DNA of 60,584 nt, taken from a virus. Of this stretch, positions 34,472 to 43,419 are shown one piece after another; the first letter of the stretch is position 1, and each line of letters begins with the position of its first letter. Position numbers and translations under genes: made by a program. The stretch covers positions 1 to 60,584 of IMG/VR virus record IMGVR_UViG_3300045988_119623, one strand, 5' to 3'. Below the pieces are notes generated by a model. The model was given only the letters and a program-made list of their open reading frames with translations, had not been told where the DNA came from and ran no database searches.

Positions 34472-35254
34472 TTATTGTTTGTTAAGCAAATTCGATATTA
34501 TAGCACATGGTTCCTCGTATTCCGATAGGCGTATAATGTACGGCGTTGCTCGTCCTTCTTTAAAGATGTGTAATCCGCCGTCACCGTCGGAAATAGAGAA
34601 GAGTTTGGAGATTGGAAAAGCAAAAGCTTTTGAGCTGCCTAAAAATCCTATACGCATATTGCTTATCCAAAAGATGCCCCATGAATCAGAAGTCCAAAAA
34701 GAGGAAGTTTTTCTTGATACACTCATAGAGCCTACATGATAGCGAACGCCTTTACAGATGCGTATAGATGCAGATGGTCCGGAATAATTAATTTTTTTGG
34801 TAACAGTTTTCATTTTCATCATATCTGCGTATGCTGAATAATGAAGTATCTCACCGTCCTTATATATGATCTGAACATCATTTTTATCATAGATTGGTAA
34901 TTTATCGTTAACTGTGATGTCATATAGGGTTCTGTTTAGCTCTATTTTTCCATTCCAGTATTTTACTTCTTTGGGAGTGAGATGTTCGCATACAAGCAAA
35001 TACTTGCTAAATTTCTGCGCTTCATCTTCTGTTACTATTCCGTCCTGCATTATATCAGACCATATATTATTACAAGCCATAGATTGAGCTTCGGCAAGTT
35101 GTTCATCCGTAATATGTTTTTCTTTTATAAAGTTATACATATTGGTAAGCTGTGCTTTGTCTTCGTATTTATCTTCCATAGCTACCATGGTTAGCATTTT
35201 TATATATTCTTGAATATCTTCTTTTGATGCTTTGCGTGAAAACCACCCGAACAT
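34472..35254 (-). CDS. Helical N-terminal domain plus C-terminal bacterial PH (YokE-like) domain protein. Candidate prophage-encoded exclusion or defence factor.
   Basis: SD AAAGGAG lies 9 nt before ATG 35254. C-terminal pattern 'GIFWISNMRIGFLGSSKAFAFPISKLFSISDGDGGLHIF'. Confidence 0.6.
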   Translation of the reverse strand: MFGWFSRKASKEDIQEYIKMLTMVAMEDKYEDKAQLTNMYNFIKEKHITDEQLAEAQSMACNNIWSDIMQDGIVTEDEAQKFSKYLLVCEHLTPKEVKYWNGKIELNRTLYDITVNDKLPIYDKNDVQIIYKDGEILHYSAYADMMKMKTVTKKINYSGPSASIRICKGVRYHVGSMSVSRKTSSFWTSDSWGIFWISNMRIGFLGSSKAFAFPISKLFSISDGDGGLHIFKEGRATPYIIRLSEYEEPCAIISNLLNKQ

Positions 35255-35575
35255 TAATACCAACTCCTTTCGATACATACGAAAAAGAGGACGGACATAT
35301 GCGCCCTCTTATCGCTGTAGTTCTTCTACAAATGGCTCCCTAAAAGGAATCCCCCTAACATCAAGTTGAATCATTAAGTCCGCATTTTACAGTTTCAGCT
35401 TGCCTTTTTGCAACCAGTTGGTTGGCAATTTCTATGCAGAGTAGCAGGAAATACACATGCTCTGTTGGTAATTGTCGAATCAGCTGTGCATACTCGTTAG
35501 TGGTATGACATCGACTTCGTTTTAACCTCCTTCCTTTAGATTGCAAGGTATTATGCCATGCTGGCGAAGGGGAAG

Positions 35576-35965
35576 TCAGGCCTTGCCTTTGCCTTGCAAC
35601 AGCCCTTTTATAATTTGCTCGATAGCCATCTTTTGGGTGTCATCGAGTTTCTGAATCTGTTTCGCAATCTCAATAGCCTGTTCGTCGAGAAGCTGGGCGT
35701 TGAGCTGCTGCTTTACTGCTTCGGTGTTTATGCCGAGGGACTTTGCTTGTTGTTCTGTTACACCGAGAGCGTAGTCTTTATCTTCATAAAAGTAACCAGC
35801 AGGAATGCCAAAGTAATTAGCAATAGCTTGTATGGTCGCTACTTTTGGCTCAGAACGACCACTTTTCCATAAAGAAAATGTTGAGTTGCTGATACCAGTT
35901 GCTTTAGCAACTTGGTATGCTGTTGTATTGTGTTCTTTTAGAAGAGTTTCAAATTTTTCGTACAT
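35576..35965 (-). CDS. CI-like XRE-family repressor
   Basis: HTH motif 'TTAYQVAKATGISNSTFSLWKSGRSEP'. The gene is divergent from the Cro-like gene. Confidence 0.8.
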   Translation of the reverse strand: MYEKFETLLKEHNTTAYQVAKATGISNSTFSLWKSGRSEPKVATIQAIANYFGIPAGYFYEDKDYALGVTEQQAKSLGINTEAVKQQLNAQLLDEQAIEIAKQIQKLDDTQKMAIEQIIKGLLQGKGKA

Positions 35966-36155
35966 TCGATACCTCGAAAAAAATATTTTACAAAAGCAAA
36001 ACAAAACTACTTTACAACTCTAACACATTATGTTATAATATTACTAAGATGTAAAACAAAAATACTTTAAAGCCGTAAAATAATTTTAAGTATTTTACAT
36101 TTGTCAATTAGAGTATATCACGTTCAAATTTGAACGTCAAGAAAGGAGTGCTGAA
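35966..36155. promoter_or_regulatory. Genetic-switch intergenic region
   Basis: TTTTACA/TGTAAAA half-sites at 35986, 36011, 36050, 36075 and 36093. TGtTATAAT at 36031..36039. Perfect 18-bp palindrome ACGTTCAAATTTGAACGT at 36120..36137. Confidence 0.6.
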
Positions 36156-36350
36156 ATGTATAGAAAAATTGCTGAATTAATGCAGAAAAACAATGTTACT
36201 GCTTATCAGGTTGCGAAGGCAACAGGACTTAGCAATTCAGCTTTTTCAACTTGGAAAAATGGCAGAAACAAACCTAATGTTGAAGCGTTGCAAAAACTTG
36301 CCGAATACTTCGGCGTAAGCGTCGATTACTTTTTAAATGATGTAGCGTAA
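36156..36350 (+). CDS. Cro-like XRE-family HTH protein
   Basis: HTH motif 'VTAYQVAKATGLSNSAFSTWKNGRNKP'; SD AAGGAG upstream. Confidence 0.8.
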   Translation: MYRKIAELMQKNNVTAYQVAKATGLSNSAFSTWKNGRNKPNVEALQKLAEYFGVSVDYFLNDVA

Positions 36351-36362
36351 AGGAGTGATGCT

Positions 36363-36545
36363 ATGGAAATAAAAAACGGTTTAATAACTTTTGACCCACG
36401 TTCTGCTGTAAAGCCTATCATACAAATACTGCATGATAAAGGCATACCAATAGCTGGCATTTCGCAAGTGTTTGAGCTGGTTATGAAAGATGTTATAAGT
36501 TATACAGTCCCTTATGATGTTCAACAATTTAATAAAGACCATTGA
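36363..36545 (+). CDS. Hypothetical protein (60 aa)
   Basis: SD AAGGAG upstream. Confidence 0.5.
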   Translation: MEIKNGLITFDPRSAVKPIIQILHDKGIPIAGISQVFELVMKDVISYTVPYDVQQFNKDH

Positions 36546-36571
36546 TGAAATTGTGCAAAGGAGAGATGAAG

Positions 36572-36868
36572 ATGAAAAAGGTATTGCAAATCTGCGTATG
36601 CATTATCTTTGCATGGTGTTGTTTAAGCTTGATTGGCGGATTTTCGGACAGCCAGGTGCAAAGGCATACAGTTACTCATGTTGTACAAGAAGGCGAAACC
36701 ATGTATGGAATCGCTGACAAGTATTTCCTGCTCAACAAAACAAGAATTTGTTTTGACGAGTTTTGGTACAAAGTATCCGAAGATAATAAGCACCTGACCG
36801 CCAACCGCCGTTATCTCCAGCCTGGAGATGTAGTCACTGTTAATTACTACACAGTGAAAGAACAATGA
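36572..36868 (+). CDS. Membrane-anchored LysM-domain protein
   Basis: N-terminal TM segment followed by 'HVVQEGETMYGIADKY...LQPGDVVTV'. Confidence 0.65.
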   Translation: MKKVLQICVCIIFAWCCLSLIGGFSDSQVQRHTVTHVVQEGETMYGIADKYFLLNKTRICFDEFWYKVSEDNKHLTANRRYLQPGDVVTVNYYTVKEQ

Positions 36869-36927
36869 TAGCAGGGCATAAAGCCTTCTCGCTATACATT
36901 AATTGTAACAGAAAGGAGTTGAGCGTT

Positions 36928-37395
36928 ATGGCAGAAAGTAAAGCTAACATCTATAAGACAGCTAGAGAATACGCAAGAATTAGCCGTGTTGATGCTGCGG
37001 AATTCTTTGCTATATCTGCTAGTTGTCTTAAGGATTACGAAACCGACGTGCGTGGTGTTCCGGATGTTACGGCATTGCAAATGTCCAGGTTGTATCGTGC
37101 GCCCTGGTTACGTGTTCAGCACTTGCAAAAGAACGTTGTGTTCTGCGACGTGTTCGGATTAATTCCGACAGTCGATAACAGTGCTTTGAATGTACTGCGT
37201 GCTCAAAAGGAAATCGGCGAGGTGGTCGAGCTGTTTCCGCAAATGGTAGCAAAAACAGTACAAAAAAAGCACCTCGGTGACAATCTTTTAAAAGAATGCC
37301 GTGAAGGTGCACAAGCTCTGTTGGTGCTGATTGGAATTGAAGATGAGCAAAAAGAAAAGACCCCCCACGCTAATAGAGAGCCTTTAACCTATTAA
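36928..37395 (+). CDS. HTH-like regulator of unknown role
   Basis: SD AAAGGAG upstream; N-terminus 'IYKTAREYARISRVDAAEFFAIS'. Confidence 0.55.
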   Translation: MAESKANIYKTAREYARISRVDAAEFFAISASCLKDYETDVRGVPDVTALQMSRLYRAPWLRVQHLQKNVVFCDVFGLIPTVDNSALNVLRAQKEIGEVVELFPQMVAKTVQKKHLGDNLLKECREGAQALLVLIGIEDEQKEKTPHANREPLTY

Positions 37396-37468
37396 ATAAA
37401 GTCGAAAGGAAGTCGGTTTATAAAATAGGTCATATATAGTATAGCATACGGAAAAGAGGTTGTCAAAC

Positions 37469-37669
37469 ATGGAAAGCAGATTCTACACAGCTAAAGACAT
37501 TGCCAACCTTTTAGGCGTAGGCGTTGGAAAAGGCTACTCGCTTATAAGGGAATGGAACAAAGAGCTTCAGCTAAAAGGCTATACAACTGCACAAGGCAGA
37601 GTAGTTAAAGCCTATGCTGATTTAAAGCTTGGTTTCGGAATTCAGAAGGAGGATGTATATGGTAACTAA
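37469..37669 (+). CDS. Small MerR/Xis-type HTH protein (excisionase candidate)
   Basis: Motif 'FYTAKDIANLLGVGVGKGYSLIREWN'. Confidence 0.5.
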   Translation: MESRFYTAKDIANLLGVGVGKGYSLIREWNKELQLKGYTTAQGRVVKAYADLKLGFGIQKEDVYGN

Positions 37670-38030
37670 TGAACAGGTTAACGCTGTGTTAGCTCGTAGC
37701 GGACTTAGTCTGGAAGGATTTGAAGCTTTCAGAAAAAGGAAGCATGGTGAGCACAAGCAGACGAAAGAGAGCTGGTTGAAAGACTTTAAGACGTGTTCGC
37801 ACTGTACCAGGGATGGCAAATGTAAATATCAACACTTCGGATACCACCAGGAAAAACAGGCTGTGCGTGAAGGTGATGTGTTAAGCTATAACGTTAACAG
37901 CTTGTCGGTAAATATGCAAACATATCCTAAAGTTGGCAGTTATTGTGAATGCTGTCACTGGGATGCTGAAACTACTCTTAAGCTTCACAGTAGACTTAAA
38001 GAACTGGTTAAGGAAGGTGAAGTTATATGA
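37659..38030 (+). CDS. Cys/His-rich hypothetical protein
   Basis: SD AAGGAGG upstream. Confidence 0.55.
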   Translation: MVTNEQVNAVLARSGLSLEGFEAFRKRKHGEHKQTKESWLKDFKTCSHCTRDGKCKYQHFGYHQEKQAVREGDVLSYNVNSLSVNMQTYPKVGSYCECCHWDAETTLKLHSRLKELVKEGEVI

Positions 38031-38234
38031 ACGCATTGACTGACGCAAGATACGGCTTATGTTTCGACGTTGAGACAGCTAACTTTACCGATTTTGCCGG
38101 GCTTGGCAAAAAACGATGAGGAATTTCACAAAGCCGCAATGCTTATGAAATCAAACTGCGAAAGAATTCTGAATAGCATCAAAGAGTACGAAGAAGCGTA
38201 CAAAATTGACCGGGCAAATAAGGAGTAGTGAATT

Positions 38235-39245
38235 ATGGGACTGTTTAAAAAGGCTGAACGCAAAAAAGCGTTTTTGAAAATTGCTATTACCGGTGTTAGT
38301 GGCAGCGGTAAAACCTACAGCGCATTGCAGTTGGCGCAAGGATTAGGTGATAAGATTGCAATGATAGATACGGAAAACGGCAGCGGTGAGCTGTACAGTA
38401 ATCTGTGCGAATACGATGTAGCTCCGATGTCAGCACCCTTTACACCGGAAAAGTACATTGATTACATCCATGAGGCAGAGCAAGCAGGATATAACGTGTT
38501 GATTATTGACAGTTTATCTCATGCGTGGGCAGGTGAAGGCGGCGTTCTTGATTTTGTTGATAAGAAAGCGGCGACAACAAGAAGCGGTAATAGCTTTACT
38601 GCATGGAAGGACGCTACTCCGAAGCAAAATAAGCTTGTTGACGCAATTCTCCAAGCAAAAATGGACGTAATTGTTTGCATGAGAAGCAAGCAGGCATATG
38701 AGATTGTAGAGAATGAAAAAGGCAAAAAAATGCCGATAAAAATGGGATTAGCTCCTATTCAGCGAGACGGCTTAGAATATGAATTTACAGTAATGTTTGA
38801 CATTAGTGTTGAGCGTCATATGGCCGCTGCTACAAAAGACAGAACCGGATTATTTGTTGATTGGTGTGAAGTAATTACTCCGCAGATCGGCAAAAAGATT
38901 CGTCAATGGTGTGATAGTGGTGTAGAAATCACGGAAAATAAATTCGTTAAGCTTGAATATGGAAAAGCGTATGTGCGTACTCGTAATGGTATGACAGATA
39001 TTGTAGAACTGACATACGATCAGCTAGAGCAACTGCTTCAAGCTCCAAATTATAGTTTAGCGCATAACGCAATAAGGGAACGCTTAGAGCTGATAGAAGC
39101 AGCACAGGCAGAAATCCCCGAGATGAAAGAACAGCAAGAAGATTTTAGCGCAGCAGAAATTGAAGAAGCTGCCAATGTTAAGCCTCTTAATGTTGTTTCT
39201 GATAATGCGGTGTTCAAGACGCCAGAAAGCGAAAAAAATGAGTAA
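38235..39245 (+). CDS. AAA/RecA-like ATPase (Sak4-like recombination protein)
   Basis: Walker A 'GVSGSGKT' and Walker B 'VLIIDSLSHAW'. Confidence 0.75.
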   Translation: MGLFKKAERKKAFLKIAITGVSGSGKTYSALQLAQGLGDKIAMIDTENGSGELYSNLCEYDVAPMSAPFTPEKYIDYIHEAEQAGYNVLIIDSLSHAWAGEGGVLDFVDKKAATTRSGNSFTAWKDATPKQNKLVDAILQAKMDVIVCMRSKQAYEIVENEKGKKMPIKMGLAPIQRDGLEYEFTVMFDISVERHMAAATKDRTGLFVDWCEVITPQIGKKIRQWCDSGVEITENKFVKLEYGKAYVRTRNGMTDIVELTYDQLEQLLQAPNYSLAHNAIRERLELIEAAQAEIPEMKEQQEDFSAAEIEEAANVKPLNVVSDNAVFKTPESEKNE

Positions 39246-39519
39246 GAAAAGCATATTACAGAGTGACAAGGAGTGCTTTATGTGCGGTACAACCTGTAAC
39301 CTGGAGCGCCATCATGTGATATTTGAAGCAGCCGGGAGAAAGATTTCGGACAAGCTGGGTTTAACAATCTGGCTATGCTACGAACATCACAAAGGAAAAC
39401 TCGGACCTCATTTGGACAGGGAAACAGACTTGCGGTTAAGGCGATTTGCTCAAACCTGCTATGAAGATAAACATAGCCGGGACGAGTGGATAGAGAAAAT
39501 TGGGAGAGATTACCTATGA
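39238..39519 (+). CDS. Small HNH/zinc-ribbon-like protein
   Basis: Motif 'CFMCGTTCNLERHHV...WLCYEHH'. Confidence 0.55.
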   Translation: MSKKSILQSDKECFMCGTTCNLERHHVIFEAAGRKISDKLGLTIWLCYEHHKGKLGPHLDRETDLRLRRFAQTCYEDKHSRDEWIEKIGRDYL

Positions 39520-39596
39520 GAAAGAAAGCACTTATGAAGTATGTGAGGTTACTTAGACGGCAACCATTATGGAAGAAGTTATTGTAGGAGGGCGAC

Positions 39597-40490
39597 ATGG
39601 AGAGCTGGTTCAAGGTTAGCGCCGATGTGTTCGACAGTGAAAAAATTAAGATACTTCGTGCTGATACGAAGATTGGTGATAGCCTGGCATTAATGTGGTT
39701 CTTCCTGTTAGCTTTAGCTCGTAAAAAAAACGATGGTGGTTATGTATACGCTACCGAAGGTGTAGCGTATACACCAAAAACCTTAGCTGCTGTTGGTGGT
39801 TTTAAGCCTAAAATTGCGGAAACTGCTTTAGAAGTATTTCGGCAGTATAACATGATTGATATAGAGGATAACGGCTATATCTATATTGTAGGCTGGGGTG
39901 AGTATCAGAACGCCGAAGAGCTTTCAAAGCTCAAGGAGCGTGAGCGGTGTAAGGAAGCAATGAGAGTTAAAAGGCAGCGTGAGAAGCAATCCAAAACCTG
40001 TAACAATGACGTAACAAACACAGATGTTACGAAATGTTACGAAGATGTTACGTGTAACAAAAGCGTAACAAGTCAAAATGTTACACGTAACAACGATGTA
40101 ACAAACACAGATGTTACGGATAAGAATAAGAGTAAGAATAAGAAAGAGAATAAGAGTAAGAGTAACAACAATAACTTTAGTAGTGGTTGTTACGATAAAA
40201 ATGCTGCCGTTACGTGTAACAGTTACGAAAATGTTACGAGCGATAATAATCCTGTTGGTTTTTGGAATCAAAATGTTACGCCGATAACACCATATATTGC
40301 AGAGCGGTTACAGGCTATTTCTGAGGAGCACGGCGAGCTAATAGCCATGCAAGCGGTAACAATAACAGCGCAGCAAGGCAAGAAGTCAATAGCCTATTGT
40401 GAGGGAGTTGCAAGAAACCTTGCGAGCGGTGACAATCAAAAGCCAAAGAAACCGCCGGATGACCAAACAGACCTGGACAAATATTTTTAG
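39597..40490 (+). CDS. Replisome organiser (phage rep_org N-domain plus DnaD-like C-terminus)
   Basis: Motif 'WFKVSADVFDSEKIKIL...LMWFFLLALARK'. The low-complexity middle region is encoded by iterons. Confidence 0.75.
   Translation: MESWFKVSADVFDSEKIKILRADTKIGDSLALMWFFLLALARKKNDGGYVYATEGVAYTPKTLAAVGGFKPKIAETALEVFRQYNMIDIEDNGYIYIVGWGEYQNAEELSKLKERERCKEAMRVKRQREKQSKTCNNDVTNTDVTKCYEDVTCNKSVTSQNVTRNNDVTNTDVTDKNKSKNKKENKSKSNNNNFSSGCYDKNAAVTCNSYENVTSDNNPVGFWNQNVTPITPYIAERLQAISEEHGELIAMQAVTITAQQGKKSIAYCEGVARNLASGDNQKPKKPPDDQTDLDKYF
39999..40285 (+). repeat. Candidate origin of replication: GTTAC/GTAAC iterons plus an AT-rich purine repeat, inside the organiser gene
   Basis: ATGTTAC occurs at 40024, 40034, 40045, 40078, 40111, 40231 and 40273. 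A 21-bp direct repeat GTAACAAACACAGATGTTACG occurs twice. AATAAGAGTAAGA occurs twice. Confidence 0.6.
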
Positions 40491-40502
40491 TGAGGTGATA
40501 GC

Positions 40503-41360
40503 ATGAATGCGAATGATGTTCAGAATTCAATTACGCTTGCTGTAAATCACATTGCTAAAAATGCTTCACAGCTTAATAAGCAAAACGAAAATGATTATTA
40601 CGAAAACGGATTGCTTATGTGTGGTAAATGTCACACGCCGAAGCAATGCAGAGGTTTCTTGTTTGGTGTTGAACGAACTGTAACCTGTATCTGCAAGTGC
40701 AGAGCGGAAGAGCTTCAGGCAGAGCGTGAACGTGAGGAACATGAAAAGCGACTTGCTAGGGTACAAGAGCTTAGAAAAGCTGGCTTCCCGGAGCGTGAGC
40801 TTCAGTCACAGACTTTCAGCCATGATGACGGCGCAGATGAGCGGACGATGCGAGCAATGAAGAATTTCGTTGAGCACTACGATGATTTTCGCAGGATGCA
40901 TAAAGGATTGCTGCTTTACGGAAATTCCGGAAGCGGAAAGACGTTCGCCGCTGCATGTGTGGTCAATGCACTAATTGATAAAGGCGTAGCTTGCTTAATG
41001 ACTAATTTCGGCAGAGTGTTCAATACCTTGTGGGGAACGGAACAAAAGCAAGCGTATCTTGACGGATTTAATCAATTTGAGTTGTTAGTGCTTGATGATT
41101 TAGGAGCAGAACGGCGCACGGAGTTTGCTCAGGAGCTAGTGTTCCAGATCATCGACAGCCGTTGCCGGAGCGGATTGCCTACAATCATTACGACAAATTT
41201 GCCGATTGAAGCAATCAAAAAACCGCAAACGATAACGGAAACAAGAATCTATGACCGCATTTTGCAGATGTGCCACCCGGTAGAGGTTACACACGCAAGC
41301 AGACGCAGGAAGAAGGTTGCAGAAGGCTTTGCTGCGACTAACAAATTATTAGGATTATAG
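40503..41360 (+). CDS. DnaC/IstB-like helicase-loader ATPase
   Basis: Walker A 'LLLYGNSGSGKT' and Walker B 'LLVLDDLGAER'. Confidence 0.8.
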   Translation: MNANDVQNSITLAVNHIAKNASQLNKQNENDYYENGLLMCGKCHTPKQCRGFLFGVERTVTCICKCRAEELQAEREREEHEKRLARVQELRKAGFPERELQSQTFSHDDGADERTMRAMKNFVEHYDDFRRMHKGLLLYGNSGSGKTFAAACVVNALIDKGVACLMTNFGRVFNTLWGTEQKQAYLDGFNQFELLVLDDLGAERRTEFAQELVFQIIDSRCRSGLPTIITTNLPIEAIKKPQTITETRIYDRILQMCHPVEVTHASRRRKKVAEGFAATNKLLGL

Positions 41361-41369
41361 GAGGGAATT

Positions 41370-41555
41370 ATGGACGATAAAGACAAGAGATATTTTTCAA
41401 TACTCGTCAATTTCTATATCAATATGTATCGTGACAGCGGCGAAATCTATTATCTGCATAAGGCTGCTGCTGAAATCAACGCAGTAATAAAAAAAGAAGG
41501 CGGCGAAATTTTCTGCCAGGACAATCCGTTAAAGAGAAAGGAACAAAAAGCATGA
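41370..41555 (+). CDS. Hypothetical protein (61 aa)
   Basis: SD AGGAGGG upstream. Confidence 0.5.
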   Translation: MDDKDKRYFSILVNFYINMYRDSGEIYYLHKAAAEINAVIKKEGGEIFCQDNPLKRKEQKA

Positions 41556-41962
41556 ACAAAATCATTTTATTAGGAAGACTGACAAAAGACCCGGAGGTAA
41601 GATACACTTCTACAAGCAAGGTTGTTGCTCAGTTCACGCTTGCGGTAGACAGACCTTATTCGAAAGACAAGCAGCGTGAAGCTGACTTTATCCCTGTTGT
41701 TATCTGGGGTAAACAGGCTGAAATCTGTGGCAACTACCTTAGCAAGGGACAGCGTGTGTTAGTTGAAGGCAGACTGCAAATTCGCAATTATGAAGCTAAA
41801 GACGGTCAAAAGAAATATGTAACCGAGGTCATTGCGGAGCACTTTGAATTCATTGAGCGTAGAGAGCAAGGCGGCGAATCTCAGCATACACTGGGAGAAG
41901 AAAGCCAGGACTTCCAAGGTTTTGGCAGCGCAGTACCTTTTAATGAGGAAATTCCGTTTTAA
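41552..41962 (+). CDS. ssb: Single-stranded DNA-binding protein
   Basis: OB-fold motif 'MNKIILLGRLTKDPEVRYT...' and acidic tail 'EEIPF'. Confidence 0.9.
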   Translation: MNKIILLGRLTKDPEVRYTSTSKVVAQFTLAVDRPYSKDKQREADFIPVVIWGKQAEICGNYLSKGQRVLVEGRLQIRNYEAKDGQKKYVTEVIAEHFEFIERREQGGESQHTLGEESQDFQGFGSAVPFNEEIPF

Positions 41963-41974
41963 GTGAGGTATAAC

Positions 41975-42259
41975 ATGAAGATTAAAGATGAAGTTAACCG
42001 CTTGCGTAAGCTGGCGTTCACTGAAATTGAATTAAAAAAAGATGACTTTAAGAAGATTTGCAGTGAATATTGTTTTTTGTACAGAACGATATATCACCAG
42101 ACCTACAATCCTAGCATGAAGCTGATTAGCACGTGGGGAAGAAGCAAGGTGTATGTTGATAAGCTTGAATACATTGATGTGCTTCAGGACTTAGCTTATC
42201 TGAGATACGCTTTCAGCAGGATGAAATTCAAGGGGTACAAGAAACATGAATCAGCTTAA
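41975..42259 (+). CDS. Hypothetical protein
   Basis: SD GAGGT upstream. Confidence 0.5.
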   Translation: MKIKDEVNRLRKLAFTEIELKKDDFKKICSEYCFLYRTIYHQTYNPSMKLISTWGRSKVYVDKLEYIDVLQDLAYLRYAFSRMKFKGYKKHESA

Positions 42260-42767
42260 AAGTATCCTCGTGGGCAAGCGTAGCAAGGCAAGCGGTTCGT
42301 TCTTTGAAAAGATGATTGACGCAGGCTGCCAGTATTACGAGGAACATGGCATTGCGAAGATTGAGAAACAGAGTGAGCCTGTACATTATATCCGCCCTTA
42401 TGGAGCGCATGGACAGTTCATTGCGAATTATGCAAAGAAAAGCGGTGTCGACTACAAGGGGACGCTTAGAGGTGGTTTAGCGGTGTGCTTTGAAGCGAAG
42501 CACACCGACGGCGACAAGATGCTGCGAAGCAGACTTGAACCGCACCAGCTTGAATACCTTAAGGTTCATCACTTTTTAGGAGCAAGGTGTTTTATCCTGG
42601 TATCGTTTAATCTGACAGATTTTTACAACGTGCCGTTCCTTGTATGGGAGAATATGAAATCGCTATATGGAAGGCAGTACCTGAAGCGTGACGATCTGGA
42701 AGAATACAGAATCAGTAATACAGGCAGAGTGTTAAAATTCCTGGCTGTAACGGAGGAGCAACAGTGA
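42246..42767 (+). CDS. recU: RecU-type Holliday junction resolvase
   Basis: Motif 'GVDYKGTLRGGLAVCFEAKHT...HQLEYL'. Confidence 0.8.
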   Translation: MNQLKSILVGKRSKASGSFFEKMIDAGCQYYEEHGIAKIEKQSEPVHYIRPYGAHGQFIANYAKKSGVDYKGTLRGGLAVCFEAKHTDGDKMLRSRLEPHQLEYLKVHHFLGARCFILVSFNLTDFYNVPFLVWENMKSLYGRQYLKRDDLEEYRISNTGRVLKFLAVTEEQQ

Positions 42768-42928
42768 AATATCTACTTGGAACAACAGCAGAAGGCAAGC
42801 AGTGCTGCCCTCATTGCAAGCAGGAAAACATAAAGCTTGTCTACGGCGCAAAGATTGTAAACAGAAAAGGTGCTGTAAAATGGGCGTTTAGATGCTCATC
42901 ATGCTATGGCACAGTTTGGTTAAAGTAA
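42764..42928 (+). CDS. 54-aa zinc-ribbon protein
   Basis: SD GGAGGAG upstream of a GTG start. Cysteine pairs CCPHC...CSSC. Confidence 0.45.
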   Translation: MKYLLGTTAEGKQCCPHCKQENIKLVYGAKIVNRKGAVKWAFRCSSCYGTVWLK

Positions 42929-42948
42929 AGCGAAAGGAAGTCGGTTTT

Positions 42949-43419
42949 ATGCAGAATAAGGATTGGAGCTATCTGCTAGGACAGAAAATAGGTATGCTGA
43001 CAGTGCTTGAAATTTATCCTCCAGGCGTTATCAGCATCAGACCTAAAAAGAAGGCTTCTGTTGCAAGATGCGTCTGCGAATGCGGCACTGAATGTTACAG
43101 AGATGTATCTAACCTTGCCCGGCGGCAAGGAATGAGCTGTGGCAGCAAGGAGTGCAAATACAAAATCATGAGCCTTGCGCAAATAAGAAGACAGGCAACC
43201 AACAAAAGAAAGGTTACAGCTCAGAAGCCTGCCGAGAATTTTTCAAAAGATGAAGAACCGATAATCACGAAAAAGCTGAAAAATAAATATGTTTGCCCTT
43301 TTCCATTTCCCGGCTGCGTAAGAAGCGAGGTTTGCCACGTATGCTGCTGGGAATGTGACAAAGAATGTAAGCAATGCAGTAATAACCCGCAACTGTGCGG
43401 AGCAAGGAGATTAAGATGA
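42949..43419 (+). CDS. Cys-rich hypothetical protein
   Basis: Uses the conserved translation-initiation region GAAAGGAAGTCGGTTTTATG. Confidence 0.55.
   Translation: MQNKDWSYLLGQKIGMLTVLEIYPPGVISIRPKKKASVARCVCECGTECYRDVSNLARRQGMSCGSKECKYKIMSLAQIRRQATNKRKVTAQKPAENFSKDEEPIITKKLKNKYVCPFPFPGCVRSEVCHVCCWECDKECKQCSNNPQLCGARRLR

Noticed and set aside
35361-35546. 61-aa minus-strand ORF between cI and the PH-domain gene
   Set aside because: It has a non-ATG start and poorly spaced SD. It may be a gene remnant, but the support is insufficient.
35558-35872. 104-aa plus-strand ORF antisense to the CI-like repressor
   Set aside because: It is a shadow ORF, whereas the minus-strand product has a clear XRE HTH.
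39924-40271. 115-aa minus-strand ORF across the iteron region
   Set aside because: It is a product of the repeat structure (VT/IF-rich translation) and is antisense to the replisome-organiser gene.
39999-40285. Short regularly recurring repeats that might suggest a CRISPR array
   Set aside because: The repeats are 7-8 bp, irregularly spaced, partly inverted and lie inside an intact coding sequence. There are no cas genes. They fit iterons of an origin.
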